NCBI GenBank assembly: GCA_947652325.1 | Contig: CANTCQ010000001.1 | Location: 134,725-198,724, forward strand | Origin: an uncultured Mycoplasmatota bacterium | GTDB taxonomy: Bacteria; Bacillota_I; Bacilli_A; RF39; UBA660 | Length of the DNA: 64,000 nucleotides | Reading direction: 5' to 3' | Notes under the pieces: model-generated | Databases searched by the model: none | What the model was told of the DNA's origin: nothing | What the model saw: the letters and a program-made list of their open reading frames with translations, nothing else | Program-made: the position numbers and the translations under genes | Part shown: in pieces, positions 26,736-35,775 of the stretch | Position numbering within the stretch: the stretch's first letter is position 1 | How the letters are laid out: each line of letters begins with the position of its first letter

Positions 26736-26788
26736 GGAAGTTAATTTAACTTCCAAATAAGCCTATGAAAATAGTCGTAGGTTTATTT
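26736..26788 (+). terminator. two consecutive hairpins after the subunit gene (partial terminator or attenuator)
   Basis: GGAAGTT-AATTT-AACTTCC, then AAATAAGCCTA-N12-TAGGTTTATTT followed by T-rich sequence. Confidence 0.45.
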
Positions 26789-26846
26789 GAAAATTAAATT
26801 GATTTGTAAAAATAAATTATCCAATAGTAAAAGGAGGGGTACAGAG

Positions 26847-29800
26847 ATGAAGAATTTTTTGAATGAGTTTGCTAGTAAAAAAGATGTTACTTCTGATGAG
26901 AAAAGAAAAAGAAGAATTATTCTTTATATTATCATTATCATCATTATTCTTTTATTAATTACGAGTTGTAGCTGTACATCTAAGTTTTTTGGGAAAATTG
27001 GAGATTTATTTCGCGGAGAAAGCAATTATACAATTGACAATACACAAGATAATCAAGAAATAATAAAAAATAAAGAATTGCAATTTGATACAGATAATAC
27101 TGAGATGTCTCTTAGTGATTCAAGTACTAAAATTAGTTTTTCTTATAAAAATATTAATCCTGGAGGATTTACTTGTTCTACTAGTGATGCTGAAGTTGCT
27201 ACTTGTTATGTTGCCAATAATTATGTAGTGGTAATTCCCAAAAAAATTGGAGATATTACAGTTTATTTACAAACGACTACGAATGGTAAAACATATGAAG
27301 CAAGTACAAAAGTTAGTATTAAAGATATAAATAGAGCAATTGAGTTAGAAAGCAATAGTGGTACATTTAATTTAAAGAAAATGCAAGAATTAAACGTAGT
27401 TTATCGACTTGTTGGATTAGTAGGAAATGTTACTGTGTCTTCTAGTGATGAAAAAATAGCGATTGCTACTGCAAATGATGGTATTTTAAGTATAAAAGGA
27501 CTAAAAGTAGGAGAAGTAATTTTTACATTATCCCTTACTTATAATGACCGAGTTTATACTAATACATACACTGTAAAAGTAATAAACGGTATAAATACAG
27601 GAAATTCTACTAATACAAAACCAGGAGATAGTTCAAATAATATAGAAAAACCAAGTGAAATACCAAATCCAGGAGAAGATAAACCGCCAGTTGTTTTAGA
27701 TGGTGATAGTACTTTAAGAAGTTTAACAACTAATAAAGGAACACTTTTATTTGATAAAAATACTTATTCTTATTATATTGGACTTAGTGCTTGGAACTGG
27801 AAAATTTCTTTAAAAGCACAACCTACAAGTACAAAGGCAAAACTTTCTTATACTTATAATGGTGTAACCGTTTCTTCCTTAGAAAAACTAAAATTAAATA
27901 CGGGAGATAATAAAGTAGTAATTACAGTAACAGCTGAGAATGGTTCTACAAGTATATATGAAGTGGTTGTAAATAAGGCAAAGTCTAGTCAAAATTATTT
28001 GAAAAGTCTTACTACTTCTTTAGGAACTTTGGAACCAAAGTTTAATAAAAATATACTTAGTTATGATATTCGTGTAGGGTATGACAAAGAAAGTTTAGAT
28101 TTAATAGCTAAACCAAAAAGTAAAAAAGCTGCAATTACTTATATTTATAATGGAAAAATTGTAGCAGATTTAAATCATCTTTCTTTAAATACAGGTGATA
28201 ATTTTGTTCAAATTATTGTAACGGCTGAGAATGGAGTTTCTAGAACATATTCAGTTGTTATTAATCGTGAAGTAGCCCCTGGTGTCAAAGATAGTAATAG
28301 TTTATTAAAAAATTTAACAATTTCTAATGGAACTTTAGCATTTGATCCTTATGTGAATCGTTATATGATAGGTGTTTCTACTAATACTTCTGTTGTTTCT
28401 CTAAAAGCAATACCAAGTAGTAAAAAAGCAAGTGTAACTTATACTTTTAATAATATGCCAGTAGAGAATTTAGATAATTTAAATCTACGAATTGGAGATA
28501 ATACAGTTGTTGTTACAGTTATAGCAGAAGATGGAAGTAAAACCGATTATACAGTAGTTATTAATCGGGCAACACCAAGTAAAGAGAATTCCTTGAAAGA
28601 ATTAACAACAAATAAAGGAATACTTACTCCAATATTTGATGAAAATACGCTGGCTTATGAAATTTATGTTGATAGAAAAGAAGAAAACATTACTTTAACA
28701 GCAAGTCTGGCCAATCAAAATGCTTCTATGTTTTATACTTTAGATGGAACAAGTGTAAATAGTTTAACCAATCTTCCTTTAAAACCTGGTAAAAATGTGG
28801 TTAACATTCATGTTGTAAGCGAAGAGGGCATAACTAGAACATATGAAGTTGTAATTTATAGAGAAGTAGACACTTCAAAAAGTAAAGATAGTGCATTATC
28901 AAAAATAGAGGTTTTAAATAATGTAGGTTTACTATCTCCACAATTTAATAAAGATATAACAGAATATGTAGTTGATGTAAAAGCAGACATAGAAAAAATT
29001 TCTTTCGAAGCAGCGCTAAATGATGAAAAAGCAAGTGGAATGCAATTTATGTATAATGGAAAAAAAGTAACTTCTATTTTAGATTTGCCTCTTGTTACAG
29101 GAAATCAAAATGTACTTGTAATTACAGGTATAGCAGAAGATGGTGTTACACAAACTGATTATAAAATCATTATTAATAAAGCGTCTGATCCAGATAAGTC
29201 TAATAATAATCTTTTATCTAATTTAGAAATTAGCAATGTGAATAAGGGAATACTTACCCCAGCATTTTCTCCAAAAATAGATGAGTATAAAGTTTTAGTT
29301 TCAGCAAGTGATAATAAAATAGATCTAAAAGGAACACCTGCAAATAATAAAGCAGAGTTATCTTATACTTATACAAATAAAGATGGAGAAGAAGTAACAG
29401 TAGAAAATGGAACAAATATTTTCTTAAGGCCTGGTGACAATAAAATCGTAATTACGGTTGTAGCGGAAGATGGAACTCCAAAAAATTATACAGTGACAGT
29501 TTACAAACCTGTATACACTGTTGTTGTAAATGTTTTAGATACTTATTATGTAGAAGAAGCACCATTTCAAGTTTCTTATATAGTAAAAGATGAAATGGGT
29601 CAAGCGACAACAGATTATAAAATAGAAGATATTACAACAAATTTATCTTTATTTAATGACCTATTTAGTTTAGACACAACAGTTAAAGGAATTATTACTT
29701 TAACTCCAAAAACAGATAGATTACAAGAATTAGTGGATCAAAATGTTGATATAACGGTTACGTATAATCAAGACAGAAAAGATACCAAAACATTACATTT

Positions 29801-31037
29801 TGCTACACGTCCTGGCTATTATTTAAAAACACAAAATGAAATATATACAGTTACTTTGAATAAAGATAAACATTCTTTTTGGGATATTGTTTTAAATACC
29901 AACTTTTTTGTCAAAGATGTTAAATCAGTACCAGTTGCAAATGGAATACATTTATATACAGAAGGAAATGAAAATGTTTCCATTGATATCGTGGATATTA
30001 CGGAAGGTACTAAAATTATAGATTTAGTTTCAGGAGATTTATCATCTGTTAATTCTTTAACCATTCGTGCTAATTTAAAAAATGTAGGAACGGCTAAAGT
30101 ACATGTTAAAGGAATATATTATGGAAAAATAATTGAATTTGATATTTTAATTGCGATTACAGAAAAATATTCAGTTACGATTTCTGCAGGAGAAGGTTTC
30201 TTTGATGCGTTACTAACAGAATATAAATATGAATATGAACGTGGTACAAAAATAGATTTGGCAAATTATATTCCTTATAAAGTAGATGAAACAGAAAATT
30301 GTAAATACTTTACTCTAGATTATTATCAAGATAAAGAAGGAAACAAATACCAACAAACGGATGTTGTAGAAGTAACAAAAGAACTTGTTTTAACGGCTGT
30401 TTACAAACAAACTTCTGAAATTGTAGATATAAAAGATAAAGGAAAATATTATTTAGAAAATTTAGATATATTTAATAATGAAAGATTTTTAAATAATGAA
30501 AAAGTTATTCATCCTGGAGTAAGTGGAGAACATAGAATAACACTTACAAATAATTTGGCAAGTAAAATCATAATTACTGGAATGACGTTAGAAGAGGATA
30601 CTATTTGTATTCAAGAAGGAAATATTAAGGGTTGTATTAATATGGAATATGCTCTTAAAAGAACGGATTTAAGTACTACTGATATTTATTATTATCCAGG
30701 AAGTGATAAAAGTGGATATACTATTTTAAATCGAGATGCCAATCGAAATGAAGTGAACAATTATCGTGATTTAGATAAACAATATACCCTTCGAACTTTA
30801 AAATTTAAAGATGAAGGTAAAGAAAATATTGAGTTATCTAAAGGAGAAACAGTTGAATTATTTCTACTATGGAGATGGTCTTTTGAAGGTGTCGATGATC
30901 AGTTAGATACAAAGATTGGTGAATATGTTGAAAAACAATTTGCAGAAAAAAAGATTAATGAAATGTATCATTTGTTGATTGGTTTTGATTATGAAATAGA
31001 AAATACATATTGTAAAAAACAAGTAGATACGAATTAA
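26847..31037 (+). CDS. giant surface protein: N-terminal TM/signal, 2 Big_2-like domains, 6 cadherin-like beta-sandwich repeats, C-terminal TasA-like domain
   Basis: AGGAGGGG RBS before ATG 26847. 'ILYIIIIIIILLLITSCSCTSKFF' anchor. Six ~100-aa repeats of the type 'L+sLttn.GtL.P.F..n...Y.i.V......i.l.a.p....a......g.......l.l..G.N.v.I.V.AEdG....Y.v.I'. The C-terminal ~200 aa has 'IHPGVSGEHRITL' and 'WRWSFEG'. Confidence 0.85.
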   Translation: MKNFLNEFASKKDVTSDEKRKRRIILYIIIIIIILLLITSCSCTSKFFGKIGDLFRGESNYTIDNTQDNQEIIKNKELQFDTDNTEMSLSDSSTKISFSYKNINPGGFTCSTSDAEVATCYVANNYVVVIPKKIGDITVYLQTTTNGKTYEASTKVSIKDINRAIELESNSGTFNLKKMQELNVVYRLVGLVGNVTVSSSDEKIAIATANDGILSIKGLKVGEVIFTLSLTYNDRVYTNTYTVKVINGINTGNSTNTKPGDSSNNIEKPSEIPNPGEDKPPVVLDGDSTLRSLTTNKGTLLFDKNTYSYYIGLSAWNWKISLKAQPTSTKAKLSYTYNGVTVSSLEKLKLNTGDNKVVITVTAENGSTSIYEVVVNKAKSSQNYLKSLTTSLGTLEPKFNKNILSYDIRVGYDKESLDLIAKPKSKKAAITYIYNGKIVADLNHLSLNTGDNFVQIIVTAENGVSRTYSVVINREVAPGVKDSNSLLKNLTISNGTLAFDPYVNRYMIGVSTNTSVVSLKAIPSSKKASVTYTFNNMPVENLDNLNLRIGDNTVVVTVIAEDGSKTDYTVVINRATPSKENSLKELTTNKGILTPIFDENTLAYEIYVDRKEENITLTASLANQNASMFYTLDGTSVNSLTNLPLKPGKNVVNIHVVSEEGITRTYEVVIYREVDTSKSKDSALSKIEVLNNVGLLSPQFNKDITEYVVDVKADIEKISFEAALNDEKASGMQFMYNGKKVTSILDLPLVTGNQNVLVITGIAEDGVTQTDYKIIINKASDPDKSNNNLLSNLEISNVNKGILTPAFSPKIDEYKVLVSASDNKIDLKGTPANNKAELSYTYTNKDGEEVTVENGTNIFLRPGDNKIVITVVAEDGTPKNYTVTVYKPVYTVVVNVLDTYYVEEAPFQVSYIVKDEMGQATTDYKIEDITTNLSLFNDLFSLDTTVKGIITLTPKTDRLQELVDQNVDITVTYNQDRKDTKTLHFATRPGYYLKTQNEIYTVTLNKDKHSFWDIVLNTNFFVKDVKSVPVANGIHLYTEGNENVSIDIVDITEGTKIIDLVSGDLSSVNSLTIRANLKNVGTAKVHVKGIYYGKIIEFDILIAITEKYSVTISAGEGFFDALLTEYKYEYERGTKIDLANYIPYKVDETENCKYFTLDYYQDKEGNKYQQTDVVEVTKELVLTAVYKQTSEIVDIKDKGKYYLENLDIFNNERFLNNEKVIHPGVSGEHRITLTNNLASKIIITGMTLEEDTICIQEGNIKGCINMEYALKRTDLSTTDIYYYPGSDKSGYTILNRDANRNEVNNYRDLDKQYTLRTLKFKDEGKENIELSKGETVELFLLWRWSFEGVDDQLDTKIGEYVEKQFAEKKINEMYHLLIGFDYEIENTYCKKQVDTN

Positions 31038-31049
31038 AGGGGTTAAAAA

Positions 31050-31793
31050 ATGAAGGTTATAAAAAGGATATTTTTTATCATTGCAACAGTAGTATTGTTC
31101 TTTCTTTTCTTATTTAACTTTTATACATTTTTTTGTATAAAAATAGCAAAACAAGACTTAGCTACCATTAATGGATATGCTTTATTAGAAGTTGTATCGG
31201 GGTCAATGGAACCTATTATTCATATCGGAGATATGATTGTAATTGATACAAAAACTACTCATTATCAAGAAAACGATATTGTTACATTTTATGATGTGAA
31301 TGGCTCTTTTGTAACTCACAGAATTCTTTCTATAAAAGGGGAAGACATGATTACAAAAGGAGATAATAACAATAGTGAAGATGAATCCATTCCACTAAAA
31401 AATATAGTTGGAAAATATGTTTTTAAAGTAAATGGCCTTGGAAAAATACTTGCTTCTTTTAAAAGTCCCTTCGTGATGATTATGATTTTAATAATTGGTT
31501 TTATGGTTTGTTTCTTAATTAGCACAGATAAAGAGGGAAAACCCATTTTAACACAAGAAGAAAAAGAGTTTCAAGAATTTATAAAAAATAAAGAAAAGAA
31601 ATTAAACGAAAGTAAAAATGATGTAAAAATAAAACAGACTAATGTGAAAAATGTAGATGAAGAAGATAAAAGAGTTGCGAAAAAAGTACAAGAATCAAAA
31701 ACAAGTCTTAAGACAAAAAGTTTTGTACCAAAAAAGAAACTAAATAAAATGTCTACTAAAAAAAGAAAAAATAATAAAAAGAAAAGTAGGTGA
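31050..31793 (+). CDS. sipW: SipW-type signal peptidase I, copy 2, with long Lys-rich tail
   Basis: 'VVSGSMEPIIHIGD', 'VTHRILS', 'ITKGDNNNSED', a second TM, and a ~90-aa highly basic C-terminal extension. Confidence 0.85.
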   Translation: MKVIKRIFFIIATVVLFFLFLFNFYTFFCIKIAKQDLATINGYALLEVVSGSMEPIIHIGDMIVIDTKTTHYQENDIVTFYDVNGSFVTHRILSIKGEDMITKGDNNNSEDESIPLKNIVGKYVFKVNGLGKILASFKSPFVMIMILIIGFMVCFLISTDKEGKPILTQEEKEFQEFIKNKEKKLNESKNDVKIKQTNVKNVDEEDKRVAKKVQESKTSLKTKSFVPKKKLNKMSTKKRKNNKKKSR

Positions 31794-32428
31794 ATATCGT
31801 GAATGAATTATTACATAGTAAAAGATTTAGGGCAAATTTATATAAATGGCTGTGTATGTATGTAGGGGTTATGTTATTACTTACTACTGTAATAACTTAT
31901 TCAAGATATATGACCAAATTGCAAATTTCTGATGATGTAAGAACTGCTAAATTTGATGTAAAAGTAAAAGGAATAGAACAAATGTGTCCAGGGACTTCTT
32001 CTACTTGTAATAGTGGTGCGTATTTGGTAGGTAATCAAATGAATTATTATTTTACAGTTGACCCTAAAGAATTGGAAGTACGTGCAGAAGTTTCTAGATT
32101 GATTATTCAAATAAAAAATAATTTTCGAATTCAAAAAATTGAAAATGTAAAAATAAGTACCAATGTGGATGGTGTTCCAATTGAAGAAATAACAAAAACA
32201 ATTTGTGATTCTACTACATCTAATACTTGTTTAGGTACAGAAAGTAAAGCTACGGGAACCTATACTTATTCATTAAAAGAACCAGTTTTATTAGACCTTT
32301 CGAATAAAGAGGCCATAAATTATAAAATAACCCTCTTATATGTTGGAGATGCAATAACAAATCCCGAAGGAATCTATATTGATAAAATGATAACCGTTGA
32401 TTATACAGTACAACAAAAAACAAAATAA
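31790..32428 (+). CDS. TasA-like minor secreted protein (212 aa)
   Basis: GTG start overlapping the sipW-2 stop (GTGA). N-terminus 'VGVMLLLTTVITYSRYMTKLQISDDVRTAKFDVKV' aligns with the 26031 protein ('GTYAKYISALDTITDSARVAKFSFKL'). Ends 'ITVDYTVQQ'. Confidence 0.65.
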   Translation: MNIVNELLHSKRFRANLYKWLCMYVGVMLLLTTVITYSRYMTKLQISDDVRTAKFDVKVKGIEQMCPGTSSTCNSGAYLVGNQMNYYFTVDPKELEVRAEVSRLIIQIKNNFRIQKIENVKISTNVDGVPIEEITKTICDSTTSNTCLGTESKATGTYTYSLKEPVLLDLSNKEAINYKITLLYVGDAITNPEGIYIDKMITVDYTVQQKTK

Positions 32429-32443
32429 GAAAGGAGGAGTTCC

Positions 32444-34594
32444 ATGAAAAAAGAAAAAAAATTCTACAAAAAAGTAGAATATCATCGAAAAATTGGTCAA
32501 GCTATTGCAAGCACATTATTCGTACTCGGAATAGCAGCGATGTCGGTTTTTCCAGAGTCTCACTCTAAATATATTACGAGTGGTCAGGTGGAGTTGGGAA
32601 GTGCTACTTTGTATCCAAAAGAACAAGGTACATTGACAAAAGATAATTTTAAATTATTAGGTTCCAAAGATACCGCACCGCCACCGGGTACGAATTATAA
32701 TTCAGATGAAACATATGCATTTATAAAAGTTTCTTTTACTAAAAATTCTGTAGATGAAATTATTGGAGATAGTCATGATTATGTGGTAAAAACTCCAACT
32801 TGTAATATAGTATATGTGAATGGTACAAAGATAAGTGGAAGTGTTAAAGAATATACAATTCCTTCTATAGGAAAAGAAAATCAAGTAATAATGAAGTGTA
32901 GTGTTAAAAACAATACACAAGGAAATAATTTAAAAGCTTCCATTCAAATTGAGGAAACTATTAAGGATACTACTTTTACTTATAAGACGGGTGAATTTAT
33001 AGAATCAATTGATTCCTATAAAGATAAATATTCATCGGATATTCCAGTACCAGAGCCCGAAATAGTAAAAACTAAAGAATATATTAGTATTCCAACTGTT
33101 TTTATAAATGAAGATTCTACATATAGTACAGAATTTGTTAGTTGGTTGGATATGATAGTAGATGATGCGAGTTATGATGAAACCGTAAAACAAAATATTA
33201 AAAGTTATATTCGAAATTCTTATAGTAATTTGGCTTCTCTTAAGAGTGACCAAAGTTTACCAAGTATCAAGTTTTATCATCCAAATACAGAAGGAAATAA
33301 AGAAGATGTATATAAACTAGAAATTATTAGAGAAAATTTAGTAGGATATGCTAAAACATATCAAAATCATATGGCAAATCCAAATCTCATGTATTTTTCG
33401 AGTATGGATTCAAAAATCGTTCAAGATGCTTTTATTTATTATTTAACACATTATAAATATCCAATAAAAGATGATGCTCAATTAGTTTTAGATTATGTAG
33501 ATTTAATGAGCGAACATAAAGGGCTATCTTATTTAATGGAAACGGATGAGCTTGGAAATTTAAAATATGAAATTCCAGGAATAAAATATGAGCCTGAGGG
33601 ACAGAAAGTTACATTAGAAGATACTTTATTGATTTTTGCTTATACTAAAATTAATTCAATTATAAAGTTATCTTATGATAATCCTTATGTAGCACTTACA
33701 GGATATGATGAAATGTTGAGAAAAATTTTCAAATTTGAAAAGTATGAAATTGATATTCTTGAAGGTAATGATATCTTAAATCTTATTCTTATGAAACCTA
33801 CAGAAAAATTTAATAAATTCTTTGTTTATAATGCTGTTGATACAGAAAATTCAAATAGTAGTTATTTGCTTGTTCATATGTATTCTGATGATTTGTCTTC
33901 CTTATTTATTGAAGTTACTAAGGTACCATTTGAGAAGACAACGAATACCTTAACTCTTACAGTAGATATTACAAATTACAAAACAACAGAGATTACAGAT
34001 TTAACTTCTGCTGTAGAAAGTTTATTTAATGATAAAAAAGTTGAATTTACAATACAAGATGAAAGTGATAAAAAGACCATTGTTTATACAGTTACAGATA
34101 AGGTAACTGGTGATGAGATAGTTGATAATACAGATTCTATTTTAGATTTGAATGAAAATGTTTTATCTAACACAAATGTTCAACCACCAAAGGTTTTGGA
34201 TGGAGCTAATACAAATAAAAATGATAGCAATGGTACAAATACTACTAAAAAAGTGGATAAGAGTGAAGAAAATTTCCAAACTGTAAATTCTGATAATAAA
34301 ACAGAACAAGAAGATAAAAAAGTAAAAGAAGAAAATTCTGTTAAAATTTCAAATAGTGAAACAGATAATGTAGTTAATGCGAATGTTTCTAATAAAATGA
34401 ATGTATCTAATGATAATCAAGAAGAAACTTTAGATTTAGATACCAAAGTAGAAAATGTAAATACTGTTAATACAACTTCTCAAATAAATATTGGAGCTCC
34501 TCCAGTGATAGGGGATAATGTAACTCCTGATATAGGAATAGAAGAGGTTGCTAGCGGATTTATAAATTTCATTGAACCTGTAGCAACAGGATAA
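32444..34594 (+). CDS. large secreted protein (716 aa) with the same signal motif and an N/T-rich low-complexity tail
   Basis: AGGAGG RBS. 'LFVLGIAAMSVFPESHSKYITSG' signal-like N-terminus. No LPXTG sorting signal. Confidence 0.7.
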   Translation: MKKEKKFYKKVEYHRKIGQAIASTLFVLGIAAMSVFPESHSKYITSGQVELGSATLYPKEQGTLTKDNFKLLGSKDTAPPPGTNYNSDETYAFIKVSFTKNSVDEIIGDSHDYVVKTPTCNIVYVNGTKISGSVKEYTIPSIGKENQVIMKCSVKNNTQGNNLKASIQIEETIKDTTFTYKTGEFIESIDSYKDKYSSDIPVPEPEIVKTKEYISIPTVFINEDSTYSTEFVSWLDMIVDDASYDETVKQNIKSYIRNSYSNLASLKSDQSLPSIKFYHPNTEGNKEDVYKLEIIRENLVGYAKTYQNHMANPNLMYFSSMDSKIVQDAFIYYLTHYKYPIKDDAQLVLDYVDLMSEHKGLSYLMETDELGNLKYEIPGIKYEPEGQKVTLEDTLLIFAYTKINSIIKLSYDNPYVALTGYDEMLRKIFKFEKYEIDILEGNDILNLILMKPTEKFNKFFVYNAVDTENSNSSYLLVHMYSDDLSSLFIEVTKVPFEKTTNTLTLTVDITNYKTTEITDLTSAVESLFNDKKVEFTIQDESDKKTIVYTVTDKVTGDEIVDNTDSILDLNENVLSNTNVQPPKVLDGANTNKNDSNGTNTTKKVDKSEENFQTVNSDNKTEQEDKKVKEENSVKISNSETDNVVNANVSNKMNVSNDNQEETLDLDTKVENVNTVNTTSQINIGAPPVIGDNVTPDIGIEEVASGFINFIEPVATG

Positions 34595-34793
34595 AATTTA
34601 TTTTGAGTTTCAGTATTTTTAAAAATTTATTTTAGTACCGGTTAAAATAAATAGTTATGAGCTCGGTTTGAAAGATATAAGAAACTTAGAATTTTTAAAT
34701 ATAATTGTTATGATGCATTTAACAAAAATAAGAGTAGGTAGGAACAACCTACTTTTATTTTTGTTTAAATACAAAAAAATACTTGTTTTTTAT

Positions 34794-34822
34794 TTGACAA
34801 TTTGTAAACTATTGAGTAGAAT
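34794..34822 (+). promoter_or_regulatory. sigmaA-type promoter
   Basis: TTGACA-N17-TAGAAT, ~30 nt upstream of the GAGGGGG RBS of the next gene. Confidence 0.55.
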
Positions 34823-34853
34823 AATAAACGTTTTTATAGAGGGGGTGTTTTTT

Positions 34854-35417
34854 ATGAAAATTAAAAATATTCGGAAAATAGACGCAAAAGGTGCTAAAAA
34901 TAATTTACGATTTAAAAAAAGACGTTTGGAGATTTTTAAAGCAGGACAGAAAAGTAGTTTTATATTATTTTTAGCTACATTTAGTGCTACTACTATTCAA
35001 ATTATTGGAAAAAATTATCTTGATGGTATTTTATTAAGTGGTTTATCTGGTTTTTCTTTTTACTCATTAGCTAATTTTTCTCGAAAACTAGTAAATGTTA
35101 TTTTGGAAAACATACAAGAATATCCAGAATTACAAAATAAACTGAAAAGGATATTAAAACATCGTGATAGAAGTTTTATTACTTTTTTAATTGCTTATCC
35201 TAGTTTTTTAGGTAAATTTTTAGAAGGAAATTATTCGACAACTGAGAATGTGTGGATTGGTTTACTTGGAGGAATATCTATTTTGACTTGTCTTTCTTCT
35301 AGTGTTTTGACTGTTCTTTTTGATGAATATGGAAAAGAACAAAATAACATCTTGAAATCAGAATTAGATATTATTGATTTAGATACGGAAGAAGGAGAAT
35401 TAAAGTTATTACGTTAA
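34854..35417 (+). CDS. hypothetical membrane protein (187 aa)
   Basis: GAGGGGG RBS before ATG 34854; the ORF track opens at TTG 34668, upstream of the promoter. Several hydrophobic helices and no recognisable motif. Confidence 0.55.
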   Translation: MKIKNIRKIDAKGAKNNLRFKKRRLEIFKAGQKSSFILFLATFSATTIQIIGKNYLDGILLSGLSGFSFYSLANFSRKLVNVILENIQEYPELQNKLKRILKHRDRSFITFLIAYPSFLGKFLEGNYSTTENVWIGLLGGISILTCLSSSVLTVLFDEYGKEQNNILKSELDIIDLDTEEGELKLLR

Positions 35418-35471
35418 CTTTTTCTTTTCTTTTAAACATAGATATGGTAAAATATTTTGTAACAGATATTT

Positions 35472-35500
35472 AAGTGGGCAGAAATTCCCACTTTTATTAT
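35472..35500 (+). terminator. leader hairpin/attenuator upstream of rimP-nusA
   Basis: Stem AAGTGGG/CCCACTT followed by TTATTATT. It lies between a TGgTAAAAT -10-like element and the rimP RBS. Confidence 0.45.
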
Positions 35501-35517
35501 TGATATAGAGGTGATTT

Positions 35518-35775
35518 ATGGAAAATATTTTAAAAACAATTCGTGAGAAAATTGAGGTTGTTTTAAAAAAAGAAGATATATATGTTGATAGTATACATTA
35601 TGAAACAGAAGGTAAATATCATTTTTTACGAATTGTCTTAGATAAAATGGGTGGAATTGATTTGGATACTATTGTGATGGCAACAAATTTAATTAACCCT
35701 ATTTTGGATAAGTTGGATTTGATTGAAGAAGAATATATTTTAGACGTTTTAAGTAAAGAAAGAGGTAATGAATAA
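35518..35775 (+). CDS. rimP: ribosome maturation factor RimP, N-terminal domain only (85 aa)
   Basis: 'DIYVDSIHYETEGKYHFLRIVLDK..GIDLDT' matches the RimP N-domain. Its position directly before nusA (TAATG overlap) fits. The usual C-terminal Sm-like domain is absent. Confidence 0.7.
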   Translation: MENILKTIREKIEVVLKKEDIYVDSIHYETEGKYHFLRIVLDKMGGIDLDTIVMATNLINPILDKLDLIEEEYILDVLSKERGNE

